From Marsupella aquatica (lineage: Eukaryota > Plantae > Marchantiophyta), in assembly GCA_973895155.1 (NCBI GenBank), contig OZ316894.1, forward strand, positions 16,112,699-16,176,698: a stretch of 64,000 bases of DNA. The letters run 5' to 3'. Under the pieces are notes generated by a model. That model was not told where the DNA came from. It searched no databases and saw only the letters and a list, made by a program, of their open reading frames with translations. Position numbers and translations under genes: made by a program. The stretch's first letter is position 1. The number at the start of each line of letters is the position of its first letter. Of the stretch, positions 12,248-24,730 are shown piece by piece.

Positions 12248-13543
12248 GATTGCCGAGCGATGTGAGGCCTCTCTTTAACAAATTGCTGTCCGCCCGTCCG
12301 CAGGGCCCTTGTCCGTAGCAAGAAATCGCACGGAACAGGGTGATAACGAAACCGGAGAGGTTCTTAATTATTTTCAGCTGCTTGTTCGACACTAATAACC
12401 GGGAGTCGCGATCGCCACAGACAAGTTCAACTGACCTGCAGAAGCAATCATTTCAGAAATTTCAGTAAGTCAAATTCGAAGAACACTGAATGCTGGAAAA
12501 ACCCGTACACAGACAGAGTGTTTAGAAAGCTAAGATTTCTGTGCTGGGCATTGACAAATGCTTATCCCAACTGTAGTAGCGAACGAAAACGAGACACAGT
12601 TTTAGTAGACCTAAGAGTTATACGCGGGAGCTTGAGAACATGCTGCGACCTAGTTGCAAACGACCTGAACGTGACAGTGTTAATTGATAAATAGAGCTAA
12701 GAGGGTTGCTCTTCGGAGCTGTAACAAAACGCTTCAACCTGCTGTAGTTGCCGAACGAATTGACGAATCAAACGAGCGCTCCCAGACACCGAGTAAGAGA
12801 TGGAGAAGGGCAACAAGAGGCAACACTCCCGCATGAACACTAGAACGAACACTAGAACGCCCAACGAGAGGCAACTCTCCTAGGGCGTGTCAATGTTGCA
12901 CCCCGGAAGCAGCGTAATCTTTAAGCGTAATGTTTAAGGTTTTTACTTTTTCGCCCCGAGCGGCCAATGTCGACTCTATCATGGAGAAGGTGATCAAAAT
13001 TTTCTTTATCCGATTTTATTGTAATATTTTCCTAACCGTTAGATCTCCCTAGACTTAAGGAGGACGGTTAGATTCTGACTAATGGGGCCTGTAATTAGGT
13101 GGGCTAATGAGACAGAGACACAAATGCTCCCCGGAAGAGTGGAGGGCGGGAGGGATGCACATACCCTTTGTGGGAGGGGAAAATGTAGGCCATTACTTTT
13201 GAAACAAGCTTTTTAAGTGGATGGCCACTAAAGTTCTATATAACACTAGCTCAATACACGTGCATTGCACAAAAGATGTCGTGTTGGTCAAGATGTCATT
13301 GAGACAAAGGATGTCGTGTCGTCGGCCAAGAAGTAGTTGAGAAAAAAGATGTCGTGTTAGCCAAGACATTGTTGAGGAAAAACATGTCATGCCAGTCAAG
13401 ACGTCGTTGAGAAAAAAGATGTCGTGTTAGCCAAGACATTGTTGAGAAAAAAGATGTTGTGTTGGCCAAGATGTCATTGAGGAAAAATGATGTCATGTCG
13501 ACCAAAACGTCATTGAGACAAAAGATGTCATGTCACCCAAGAT

Positions 13544-13888
13544 TGTTGAGCATAGACGATAATCGCAACGGCAAGCCCATGAATCATCCAACACACAAGA
13601 GTCGACACAGAAAGATACATGGTTCACCTCCATATGAGGCTACGTCCATGGGAACACACAAGAACTTTATTGCACTCTCGACCGACCGGCCATACCAAGC
13701 ATCCACAGCGCAAGCTCTCCCTATCTCTCAACTATCTTCGTAACAATGAACCTGAGTTCTCACTCTCCAAGCAAACACCGCTTGGGTATAGAGTGTGCAC
13801 AACATGACTAACCTAACTAAGTCTGCGACTAATATTAGCCTTAACTACGGTACAGTCGTTACTCTAGACCTAGAAGTAAATCCTAACA
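13544..13888 (-). mobile_element. copia solo LTR (variant subfamily), TSD AAGAT
   Basis: TG...CA, 345 bp, with AAGAT at 13539-13543 and 13889-13893. The first ~210 bp match the family LTR. Confidence 0.92.
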
Positions 13889-14202
13889 AAGATGTAATTA
13901 TGTGAAAGATGTCATAAAGTAAAAACATGTCATTAAGAAAAAAAAATCATTTCGCCAAAGATGTTGTTATGTGAAAGATGTCGATAAGAAAAAAAGTCAT
14001 TTAGCCAAAGATGTTCTTATGTGAAAGATGTTGTGAAACAAAAAGATGACGTTAAGAAAAAAGAAGTTGATTTGCCAAAGATGTCGTCAAGGAAAAAGAT
14101 GTTGTGTCGGCCAAGATGTCATTTCGCCAAAGATATCATGAAGTAAAAGTCGTTGTTAGAAAAAAGGGTCATTTCACTCAAGATATTGTTATGTGAAAGA
14201 TG

Positions 14203-14538
14203 TGTTAGATATTGCTCTAGGCTTGTGACTCATGAGCTAACCACAGTTAGTCTAACTCGGGTTAGGACTTAGCTAATGTTAGCGGTAGTGCATATAGCCA
14301 GGGCTGATGCTAGACCCTGGTGGAACTTAGGCTCATTGTTACGGAGCTAGTTGAGAGATAGGGAGAGCTTATGCTGTGGATGCTTGGTATGGCCGGTCGG
14401 CCTAGAGTGCAGTAAAGCTCTTGTGTGTTCCCGTGGACGTAGCCTCATGTGGAGGTGAACCACAAATCTCTCTGTGTCGACTATTGTGCGTTGGATGGTT
14501 CATGGGCTTGCCGTTGCGAATGTCGTCTATGCTCAACA
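14203..14538 (+). mobile_element. copia solo LTR, TSD AGATG
   Basis: Reverse complement of the family LTR (tgttagatattgctctag...ctatgctcaaca), with AGATG at 14198-14202 and 14539-14543. Confidence 0.95.
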
Positions 14539-16334
14539 AGATGTTGTGAAATAAAAAGCCAAGGAGGGAAGGAGCGAGTCGACCAAGAGTTAGAGTTGTT
14601 GCGGCTTGATGCTGTTGTTGAGGCTTGATGCTGTTGTCGCGGCTGGATGTTGTTATCGCAGATCGAAGCGGCGGCATGGTTTTTCTGATCCTTTGTCTTT
14701 GTCTTTGTCTTTGTCTTTTTCTTTTTCTTGTTTTGTTTTTCTGGTTTTATTTTTTTGGTTTTGTTTTTCACTCAAAATGCCGCATCTGAATAACTACCAC
14801 TCTATAAATTGGCGTAACGTTATATTATAAGTTTAGGGTTTAGCAAAGATGGTCGTTCTGTTGCTGTCCCTTCAATCCCCGTCTGTTGCATAAAAGATGT
14901 CGTTTAGTTAAAAATATCATTACGATAAAGATGTTGTATGTTGAGAAATATATCCTGGTGCAAAAGATATTGTTGAATAAGAGAATTTATTTGTTCAAAT
15001 ATATTGCACAAAAAATGCTGTTGAGTAAACGATATCATTGTGCAAAATAGGGGCTATAGCAGCCACAAAAGTTTGATAAAATGAACATTTTTCTTTATTT
15101 TTCCCTTTCTTTTTTTTCTTTTTTCTCCTTGCACAAAAAATATTATTGAATAAAAGATGTCATTGCACAACAGACTGGCTATGAGCACCACAAAAGGATA
15201 ACAAAATAAGAGGTGTTGTTTTTCATCATTTTTCTCTTTTTTTTACCTTATTTTTCTTCTGGTCCTACTCCCCCCCCTTCCCCTCCTTTTCAATATTTTT
15301 GGTCTCCCCTTTTTCTCATTCATCATCATCACTCCACTGGGCCCCTCCCCCCCCCCCCACCCATGCAAGGCTGGAGCCCTCAGTGGGCTGCCCTACATTG
15401 CGAGCGTGCCCCTGGCTCACCCGACACCATACCATCCATGCCTGCCTGCCATGCTCATTACTATGTCTTTGGGCCTTGTTGCTTTTGTTTTGGCATTGAT
15501 ATTTTGTTTTTGGGTATTGAAAATGACAGTGCAAATGGCTATAAAAATCACCACAAATATTGGGAGAAAATTTTTCAATTGATTAGCGTATGCAATATTC
15601 TATTGACTAAAATACTATCTGCAATTAAACTACTACTTACTTGCATATGAGTGTGTACAATATTTCCTTGCATGGAACATGGAGGGAGGATACTCCTTGA
15701 TACTCATGCTTGTGTTAAAGTCTTTCATTTTTTTGTGTCTCATTTGATTCTTTCTTGCTTGGATAATGGTGCAACTATTTTGAGTCACATTAAACTAAAT
15801 TCACACTTTGGTTTATTCGTTATCTTTGACCAGATTTTTCAATCTTTGTGCCCTACAAATTTGAATGACAACCACTACATTCTTTGGCGCAACCTCTTAT
15901 TATAGTTCTTGATTGCCAAAAGGCAAAAACACTGAACCTGGGGACATTGTCCCAATGGCAAAACAGACCAATAAAGGAGGGCGAAAGAAGGGGAAAACAC
16001 TATTGTAAAGTTGAAATTTCTTCCATGACCACAAGTTAGGATTTTCCCTTCACTCTTCCTTTCACCAGATCTCATGGCTAGGGGAATTTAAATCCAATAG
16101 CCATAATGAGTTCCCTCCAAAAGTGCATTTTGTATAGGGAACCATGAGGGAAAAAGGCGGGATTGGACTTTAGAGTGTTTAGATATGACATTAGGTTTGG
16201 ATGTGAGAGTTACTTGCTAGGATATGTGGCACATGAATATCAAACCTAGCATAGGAGAACCAATTTCCACCTATTGTAGCTTTGCCTGGTCTAATGTGGA
16301 GACGGGATGATATAAAATATAGAGGACATATTCA

Positions 16335-16884
16335 TCCCAATCTTTTTGTCACCAAAGGCCCTCACTATCCTTCATTGGGCAGAGGCAGTTGGTTTAGGGC
16401 TTCTAGTCAAATCGCTCTTCACTAACCCCCTATGTTATTCACTCTGGAGCTCTATCAAGCTCTACCAGAGGCGGTTGGTTTTAGGGCTTCTAGTCAAACA
16501 CCTCTTCACTAACCATCTATGTTGCTCACTCTGGAGCTCTACCAAGCTCTACAATAGGCGGTTGGTTTTAGGGCTTCTAGTCCAATCACTCTCCATGACC
16601 CCCCTATGTTGTTCACTCTGGAGCCCTACCAAGCATTTCTTTATGTAGCGAAGTAGGGCTTTTGTTTCTTAACCTTTCCAGCTTTGGGATTTCCCTTGTT
16701 GCATTTCTTTATGTAGCGAAGTAGGGCTTTTGTTTCTTAACCTTTCCAGCTTTGGGATTTCCCTTGTTTTTAGGTTGTTTTCCCCCTTTATTGGGTTTTG
16801 GCCTTTACGATCATGGCTTCTAGTTAGTCGTGGTTGTATACATAATGGCCCTGTTTTGTTTGTTTTTTACTACTTCAAAAAAAG
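16335..16884 (+). mobile_element. Probable 3' relic of a CRE-like non-LTR retrotransposon with internal tandem duplications
   Basis: KALTILHWAEAVGLG resembles the QARAIYRRSLTVGA tail of the 52.6-55.1 kb ORF. The T-rich tail (acat..ggccct.ttttgtttgtt) matches that element's 3' UTR at ~55295-55316 and ends in A7. Confidence 0.5.
16383..16768. repeat. Tandem repeats: ~87 bp x3 followed by 68 bp x2
   Basis: ggtt(t)tagggcttctagtc...ctatgtt..tcactctggagc occurs three times; gcatttctttatgtagcgaagtagggc...cccttgtt occurs at 16633-16700 and 16701-16768. Confidence 0.9.
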
Positions 16885-18386
16885 CAACAAGCCAGCATCC
16901 ATTAGGATCCGCTAATACAGTAGATTAATTATTACTGTGTACCTACAGTAGTACTCTTCAATGGACAGCGCCCCATCCCGCCCTGCCCTGCCCTGCCGTA
17001 GTGCCGTGCATCCCTCTAGGCTCCCGTAGCTTTTAGCCTACCCCCAACCCTACGCTCCCCTCCCCAGCCGCCTCCATAGCTCCGTCCCTCGTCGGTCCTT
17101 CCTTGTCCGACTCTGGCCAAGTGTGCATTCGCACCTTTTACGATGGATCCGGGTTTCATGCGAGATCCCTTTTACTCCTGCCGGCCTGCAAAAAGCAGCA
17201 GTCGCATCAAACCCGCCCCTGTCCCGCCCCCGCCCAGTCCCGTCCCTCCCGCCTCCTTTCCTCCGACCCTGCTCCGCCCTGCCCAGACCGAGGCCCGAGG
17301 CTGCAGGCAAGGGAACAATGAGGGAACAATCATGTACGAATGATTCCGAAGGAGAAGGTCGAGAACAGAGAGCAATGAGTCAATCTTCACCCAAATTCTC
17401 AAAGTCTCAGACCCCAACACCAGTCCTAGACACCGACAGAGAAATTTACAGAGTGATGGCGTTTTAAAATCTGGCTGACCCAATTGCAGTGGGCCTTCCT
17501 TCCAAACACGCAACATTTCACGGCGACGTAATGGGGTTTTTTTTGTCGTCGTGGGATGATTGCTGATGATGGTGGCCTTCGAAGTCGAGTGATGGAACAG
17601 ACAGACGAACTGATGGTGGGATGATGATGAGACGCGAAATGCGAAGCTAGCCGGGAGCAAAAGGGTTTCGATTACAGAGACAACGTTCTAGTGATGGTGC
17701 TTCGTCGGACAGAAGTTTGATCGGCGGCGAACGTTTGAACGATAGCCGGATGCAATAATGTTGTGATCGTCGGCTCCGGCCTGGGAGGTTGCTGATGAGA
17801 ACACAGGAGACCAGGAGGCTCTTGGCGTGGCGGGTGGACTCGTAGGTGATCAGACAATTTGTTCTAGTAATGCAATGATCGATTAGTGTACCTCCCTGGA
17901 AGAGAAGAAGGGTAGTGTAGTCCCGTTGGAATTGGTTACAAGCGAGGGAGGGCGGCATGGCCGGTTCATGATAGACAGATAGAGAGGAAGCGAGCTGCTT
18001 CTCCGTCTGCCACCAAGGTTTTCACGAGTCTGTCTGTCAGTAGTCGGGATTAGGAAATGCTGTGATTTTGAGCTGCAGTACTCGGATGGTCCTCCTTCGA
18101 ATGTTCCTGGTGCTGAGCGAGTTTGATGGTACATCGATTCTTGTCTGGATGAAGGAGGTGACCTAATTGATGACTGTATTTTCGAAAATGGTTGTGGTCC
18201 CACGGCTGAGAACGAGGGCCATAGACAGAGCACGCGTCAGCAAGGGCGGGCTTCGAACCCTGGTTTATCCGTCGTGAACGAGGGAGGGAGGATGCGACTG
18301 ACCCTACCCTTGGGGAATGACTAGGGATTGTTCCTCCTCTTGTTAAGCAAGGCTTTTTCGTCTGAAAATTGAGGCAAGTGGTTCTT

Positions 18387-21300
18387 ATGGGCCAATTAGA
18401 GCCAGAAAGGCAAGACATAGGGTCAAAGTACGCGGGAATTGACGGCGGGGAAGCTGGTGCAGGAGGAGCATTCAGTATTCACGACTGGGGGGAAGAAAAG
18501 AAGAAGGATTCAGGACAGCAGAAGGGGCAGCGGGTGCAACCCGAAATTGTGGATGCAGGAGTGTCATCGGCCAGGCCCGCGGGAACGCACGAAGAGAGGG
18601 TTCGTGGAGAAGAATCAACTATTCCTGACAGTAAGCGGGGAGGGGCTGGAGCGGCAGCAGCAGAATCCCTGAAGAACTCGTGCGGATCGTCAGTGACAGG
18701 TCAAACCGGCGGATCGAAGAGTGCAGTTAAGGCATCGAAGGGTGGAGGATCTCGAGGAGGTAGAGACGGTACTAGCGGTAGGCCAGGGGGAAAGGGTGGG
18801 AGTAGTGGAAAAGGCCACAGTACGCCGAATTCAAATTCAGGCCACAAAGATGGTCCGCTTCGGAATGGAGGAGCCTCGCCGGGAATAGAACGCGACGTGG
18901 ATGCTTCTGAAAGTACTGCAAAAGCTGCGACTTTCAGTGAAGATGGAAAGGCAGGGATGCCGACGGATGAAGTGAAAGCACGGGCGGAAAAAGATAGATC
19001 TACGAATATGGAAGAAGGTGGATTAAGGATGTACTTTGATATCGGGCGTTGGTCATCTCAGGATATGCAATGGCCCGATCCAGGGCCCGCATTGGCAGCG
19101 GCGAAGGCGTTGCTGCTCCAAACTTCGGAGAAATTGCAGGCTTTCGTGGAATTTTCTTGGCCCTTGGCAAAAAGGTGGTTTTGGTTAATCTCAAGAGCGG
19201 TTCTTGTGCTCAGTCTTTTATCATTGGAATGTGGGATAAGAGGATTGAGCTCTCTCTTCAGGCTTGGGTCGGCAGCCCTGTTCTTATTGGTGTGGTGTAC
19301 AGCTCTCAATCTCACCATATTGGCTGGCATCGGCAACTTTTCCATCGCTCTTGTAATTCCTCGGCCTGTTGTCATGTTCAATTCCACTTTCATGCTGCAT
19401 ATCTAGTTCAACCATTTCCTTTTTCCTTCTGCATTTTGGTGTTTGAGAGCGGCTTGTGAATCGATTTGTTTTTTTTCCGCGGATATTGCTCTGTTAAAAT
19501 GAGATGCATCCTACTTTTCCGTCCCATAGCTTTTGATTTTGGATAGACTATCGAGTTGCCCAGAGATCTTGAGGTAGGTTTCGAGTCTGGGTTATTGATA
19601 CTTTGTGCTCACATTCCATTTCCTGTAGAAACTTAGTTGATGGTAATTCTTTTCTATTTTTATCTGAGCTTTCTTAGCTACTAGAAGACAGCAAGCTATT
19701 CGAGTGTCTATTGTCTTATAGAAGCCTCTAATTTCATGCAATTCTCAAATTTGGCAGGTTTCAGCTTTGGCAGTTGGATTTTTTCTGGGATATACATTTG
19801 CTTTTGGGCTCCTCGGCCTCTTTGGTGCTGTGGTGCTGTGGATGTACGGCAGTTTTTGGAGCACAGGAGCTATCATTGTGCTAGGAGGTAAAAAAATCGA
19901 AATCTAAAACCATAACTGCATTTCGAGCAAGTGAACTCTACAGTTGTTCCATTGCAACCTTAAAATCCCATGACATACGTTTGTGGAGCAGAATTCGGGT
20001 ATCAAGTTCTTAAGACGGCAGACTTGAACTTTCCTAATGTACGTGATGAAACTAATGAGTGTCCAATTGTGATACCTTATGGTTGGTTCCATCTGTTAAT
20101 CGTCTCATATGTTGATTTTACAGGTGGTCTTTTCATTTTCGACCACGCTAGGAAAGCGATTTTAATAACCATGCTATATAGCATTTGGTCTATCAAGGGT
20201 CATGGAGGATGGACGGGTCTCATTGTGTGCACGATCGCTGCCTTTATTTCAGGCGATGCGGTTGTCTACTTTTTGAGTAGTAGTGGTTCGGAAGGCAATC
20301 AAGAAACTGGACATGGTGAAAAGCAATCAGGTCAGGCTTTTGAGCACGGGCAATCCAAATTTGGACCTTCACACAATCATTCACACAAAAGTAGGCACAC
20401 AGCAGGATCGAATGGCCCTAGTGGTTCCTTCAATCAAGGGACGTCTGCAGGGTTTACGAGTGCTGCTTTTTCTCAGGCGGCTCCCACCAGTGAAGACACG
20501 AGAAGTTCAGGGGGAGCTTCCACCAGTGCTACCTCAGAAGCAGGAGACCCTACTTCAGCTGATGAGGAGGTTGCCCGTGTACTTGCTTGCAGTGACCATT
20601 ATGCTGTTCTGGGGTTTGTTCGGTATGACAACTTCGACATGAATGTTCTGAAACGAGAGTATCGGAAATTGGTAAGCCTTGAGTGCCATGTACATACATT
20701 AATTTGCCAGATGAAGAATTTTGTTTACTCAAACTATTCTTCAGGTGCACCAGAGTCCTCTGATTATGAATGCTGTCAGCATCGTGCTGAGGAGGTTTTC
20801 TCGATGTGGAGTGAGAATTTCTGGTGGCAAATTCTTCTTCGCTTGTCGTCCATTGTGTTTTCCACGGTACACAAAGTGTATACTGGTGGTCTGTCACCTG
20901 AATTCACGAACAAAAGAATCGAGTAACCTTCTGGTCCCATGCCTCAAGACTACCTATTCGTCCATCTGGGAATGATAGGAATGGTCATCCATACCGAATA
21001 GGCTAACACAATTGTAGCTGAGGGCAAGAAAATAAGGGACCCTGATCTGATTGCAAAGCGTGCAAACTGCCACATGGACACAAACGCGTAGCCCCGTGTG
21101 CTAGTTTTTGTGAGGGGTCTGGAGCTGTGCCCACTCATTGGGTCTCTCATTCTACTGATGAGTTTGATCACGTTATATTTATGGATGAGTATTCCCTGCA
21201 GGCAATGCTTGTTCATCCTGACAAAAATAGAGGGAATGAGAAATCAGAAGAAGCTTTCAAACGCCTGCAAAATGCTTATGAGGTACACCTTCTTTGCTGA

Positions 21301-23744
21301 CTGCTTGAGATTTTTCTTGCTGCTCAGTTGACGATTTAGCTGATATACTTATCCGAATTGAACGTATGTGGAGTAAAACCCATCATATTACAAGACAGCC
21401 TGATTGGTTCCTCTATTGAGGAGACACATCACATTGCAAACCGGCATAATTTGTCAATCGATTTGGACGTGGGCTGGATTGTATTTTTCTACCTCACGCT
21501 GAACGCTGAAAACCAGTCTTACACTTTGGATGGAAACAAACCCCAAGAAAACTTGTCACTAGATAAGACGTTTTTTGACTTGGGAGTAATCACTGGAACC
21601 CAAATGTAGGTGCTGTTAGACACGATCAAGAGAAACGTTTACGATGAGGATTTAAGACGAGAAGAAGCTCTGGAAAATCTTAAACAGCATCGACAATGGT
21701 TTCATCAGGTACGAATTTGCACAGTTTTTGTAATACTCTTGGCTTTTCCTTACGAATCTATTAAAGTAAATTTCAACTTCTGGATACCAACGAGTTGACC
21801 ATTATTACTATTTGTGGTCTGACCCCGTTTCCTCTCTATGGGAAAATAGTCAGTACAGTCTGGAAGGCGAAAGAAAGGTATGTTAGGTCGATTACTTAGG
21901 GTTCAAAGGATGCCATAAATTCAATTAAACGTTCAATCTTCGATGGCGCATTTGAGAGTGCAAGGTAATCCTGTCAAAAGCCATTTATATGGAATCCATG
22001 GCTTACTGTTGTGGGTTGATCCATCTTGTCGTCATTGCTACAAAATGCTCTACAGGGTCTTTTTATTGTCGGCAATAAAGTAACGAGTTCATTTTGATGA
22101 ACTTCTTCCTTGTACAGGCTGGAAGATGCCAGTCTCCCAACTGTGGTTGTCAACAGTCAGATGAAGAGGCTGACGATGAAATTCCTGCTGACTCGAGACG
22201 AATTGCTTGTAAAAAGTGCAACGATACTCATTTATGGATTTCCACTGACAGAAGCAAACTGCGAGCGAGGTGGTGCCAAGTAAGTATCTTTCTCTGTAAC
22301 CTTTGCGAATTCTGTCAGTCAAGCTGCTATGGTTGTCATGGTAGTAAGTTATCATATGTCATAACAGAAGAGTCGTACAGTCCTTCAGTAGTTGGATAGC
22401 GACTGTTCATGGAAAAGATAAGTGTAGGTCTTGTCAGTTGTGTACCTCATGCTATGATACAGGAAAGTGTAGTAAAAGTAGATTTGTTGATCGACTGAGA
22501 CAAGTTGATTGCTTTCTCTGGAAGTAATGTTTGGGAAGGCTCCCGGACTACTAGATGTATCAGTGTCTAATGGAAACATACAGGTCATTCTCAAACTGTA
22601 AGGGCTAGGAGTTCAAAGGTTGATTGGTCTTGTTTGCTAAACATGGATGAGGGAATTATCGAAGTACTGCTTTGGAAGTCCGCTCTTGACAACTCGAGTC
22701 AGCACAACTGGGTCATTACCATATGCCTTGGGCTACACAGAGGCATTTTTTACTTGGTTCATAGAACCCAAATTAGGTTGTAATAGAACTCGACACTGCA
22801 ATATTTTCAGGAGTGTCAAGACTACCATCAAGCTAAGGACGGTGATGGCTGGGTGGAACAGTCTGGCCAGTCCTTTTTCTTTGGAATGTTCCAAAAGGTA
22901 GGAATCCTGACTTTGTGCTGTTTTTTAAAGTCTTATACAAGAGTCAGGGCATACTGTGTCAGACGTAGTCAAGCAAGGGGATATATGCAGGTTGGAATTT
23001 ATTTCAAGGTTTCTATCGTTACCGAAATTAAAGGTTCCTTTGTTGTGCGGTTTCTGGAAAATTGTTGCAAATTTTCAGGAGCGCACGACGTTACCATCTT
23101 TTCTCTTGAAAAATGAAACAAGGCTACTTTCAGGATGCTCACGAGTTCGTACTGCTGTGTGATGTTTAGGTGGACTTACCCCGAGCATATGCATGTGCGG
23201 AGGGCAAAGTATATGACGTGACCGAGTGGGTAATCTGTCAGGTATGGCAACAGTCCTCTTTCCATAATCAGAACAACATAACTCTTCTCTGCATGGTTTG
23301 GTGATTTTTTGTAGTGTACTATAATTTACTTCGGATGTGAGAGATGCTGAATACTGATCTTTTGCACTGGTTTATTGTCATTTTTGGTTATTGCCAGAGA
23401 GGAAGTAACTCTTGATCTGGATCCTACAGGGTATGAAATGCCCACCAAACACTCATAAACCCACCTTTCATGTGAGCACTGCTGGAGCTGGGAAGAGCGC
23501 GAGTCGCGGGCCAAACCGAAGTGCTCGGGGTGGAGGTCGGGCAAATCCTCCTGACGGTTTTTCTTTTCCAGATTTTGATGAAAATATGACAGAGCACGAG
23601 TTCTTTGACTGGCTTGAAGCTGCCATGGCCTCTGGGATGTTCAGTGATGCCAATGGAGTCCCAGGCTATCCCGGACCAAGAGGAGCTACTACCAAAGGGA
23701 GTAAGTCAACAAGGAAAAAACGTAAAGGAAAGAAGCAGTGGTAA
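18387..23744 (+). CDS. DnaJ-domain membrane protein with Jiv90-type Cys-rich domain (DNAJC14-like), ~9-10 exons
   Basis: Disordered N-terminus and hydrophobic segments. J-domain split over exons (DHYAVLG...KREYRKL / AMLVHPDKN...AFKRLQNAYE / VLLDTIKRNVYD). C-terminal RRIACKKCNDTHLW...ARWCQECQDYHQAKDGDGWVE...YACAEGKVYDVTEWVICQGMKCPPNTHKPTFHV; ends KKRKGKKQW*. Confidence 0.92.
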
Positions 23745-24488
23745 TCATTATTTCCGATCCGCAGCTCCATCTGCCACCTTATACACAAATATTCACGGGA
23801 AGTGGTTTTTAGGTGAGCGGTGGGTTTTGTATATTACAGGTTATCATTGTGCAAAGGGACTCACACAGCATGGAACATTAAAATGTCGTCAGATCTTCAA
23901 ATGTTACATGCTGAATGTATTACCAAAATGTTACATCATCGTTTTGGGCCACCACAGAGGCCTTAGCGGAGTCACTCAAAACTTGTCTTGGACTTTTCCT
24001 AAATTCTTACTAAGTTCGAATGATACATTAGACTGCGTGAGATTTGTTTTTGGGGACGGTCACGTTTGCTTCGTTGCGGGAAGGGAATGAATTAACAAGT
24101 TCGATATGGTCTGGATGATGATAGAAAACGTTGTGGAAAGCTTTCTTTCCAGAGACTAATGTCGATTGATACGTAATCTAGTCTTGAGCAAGCGGCCTTA
24201 CTTCCATAACGCAAATCTCGGGGATAATATAAGAACAGCCACAGGTAGGATACCAATTCCTTGTACAGTGTTTGCCTTGTTTTCCAAATTATTCTATTGT
24301 AGACGAAGTCTAGCTGAACCAAGGTAGAGTTTGCCCTACCAGCCTAAATGTGAAGCCAGAATTGAAGATTTAAGGTTACTAGCCTGTTGCCTGGCCTTTG
24401 GACATCAATAATTGCTGAGAACCGAAAACAGTTACTTTCATTTCCCACCCTTTAGTAGGTTTCTGCCCCCTCTCACTGTCTAGAGGCT

Positions 24489-24730
24489 CCACTCTAGACC
24501 ATAACATTACTTTAGCTTTTCTTCGTGCTTATACATTAAGATCAGACTTTCCATCTGTATAGGTTAATGGTCCACTGTAGACCACTTTAGCTTTTCTTCG
24601 TGCTTATGCAATACGATCAGACTTTCCATTTGTATAGGTTAATGGTCCACTCTAGACCATAACATTACTTTAGCTTTTCTTCCTGCTTATACATTAAGAT
24701 CAGATATTTTCCATCTGTATAGATTAATGG
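24489..24730. repeat. Tandem repeat ~75-85 bp x3
   Basis: ccact(c/g)tagacc...actttagcttttcttc.tgcttat.ca.t..gatcaga..tttccat.tgtatag.ttaatgg is repeated. Confidence 0.85.

Larger units (their letters stand above)
13270..15175. repeat. Degenerate AAGATGTC/AAGATGTT array (~34 bp higher-order unit)
   Basis: Many copies of aaaaagatgtcgtgtt(a/g)gccaagatgtc(a/g)ttgag-like units, interrupted by two solo LTRs. Confidence 0.85.
13246..16924 (-). mobile_element. Non-autonomous Helitron-like element carrying AAGATG repeat arrays and nested insertions
   Basis: Minus-strand 3' end: gtgca-a-tgcac hairpin (13260-13270), about 10 nt, then CTAG|T at 13246. Candidate 5' end A|TCTACTGTATTA at 16924 is less certain. 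A homologous 3' end lies at 60499. Confidence 0.6.

Noticed and set aside
13270-14200. Repeat/spacer-like periodicity resembling CRISPR
   Set aside because: Units are degenerate copies of each other with no unique spacers, the context is eukaryotic, and no cas genes are present.
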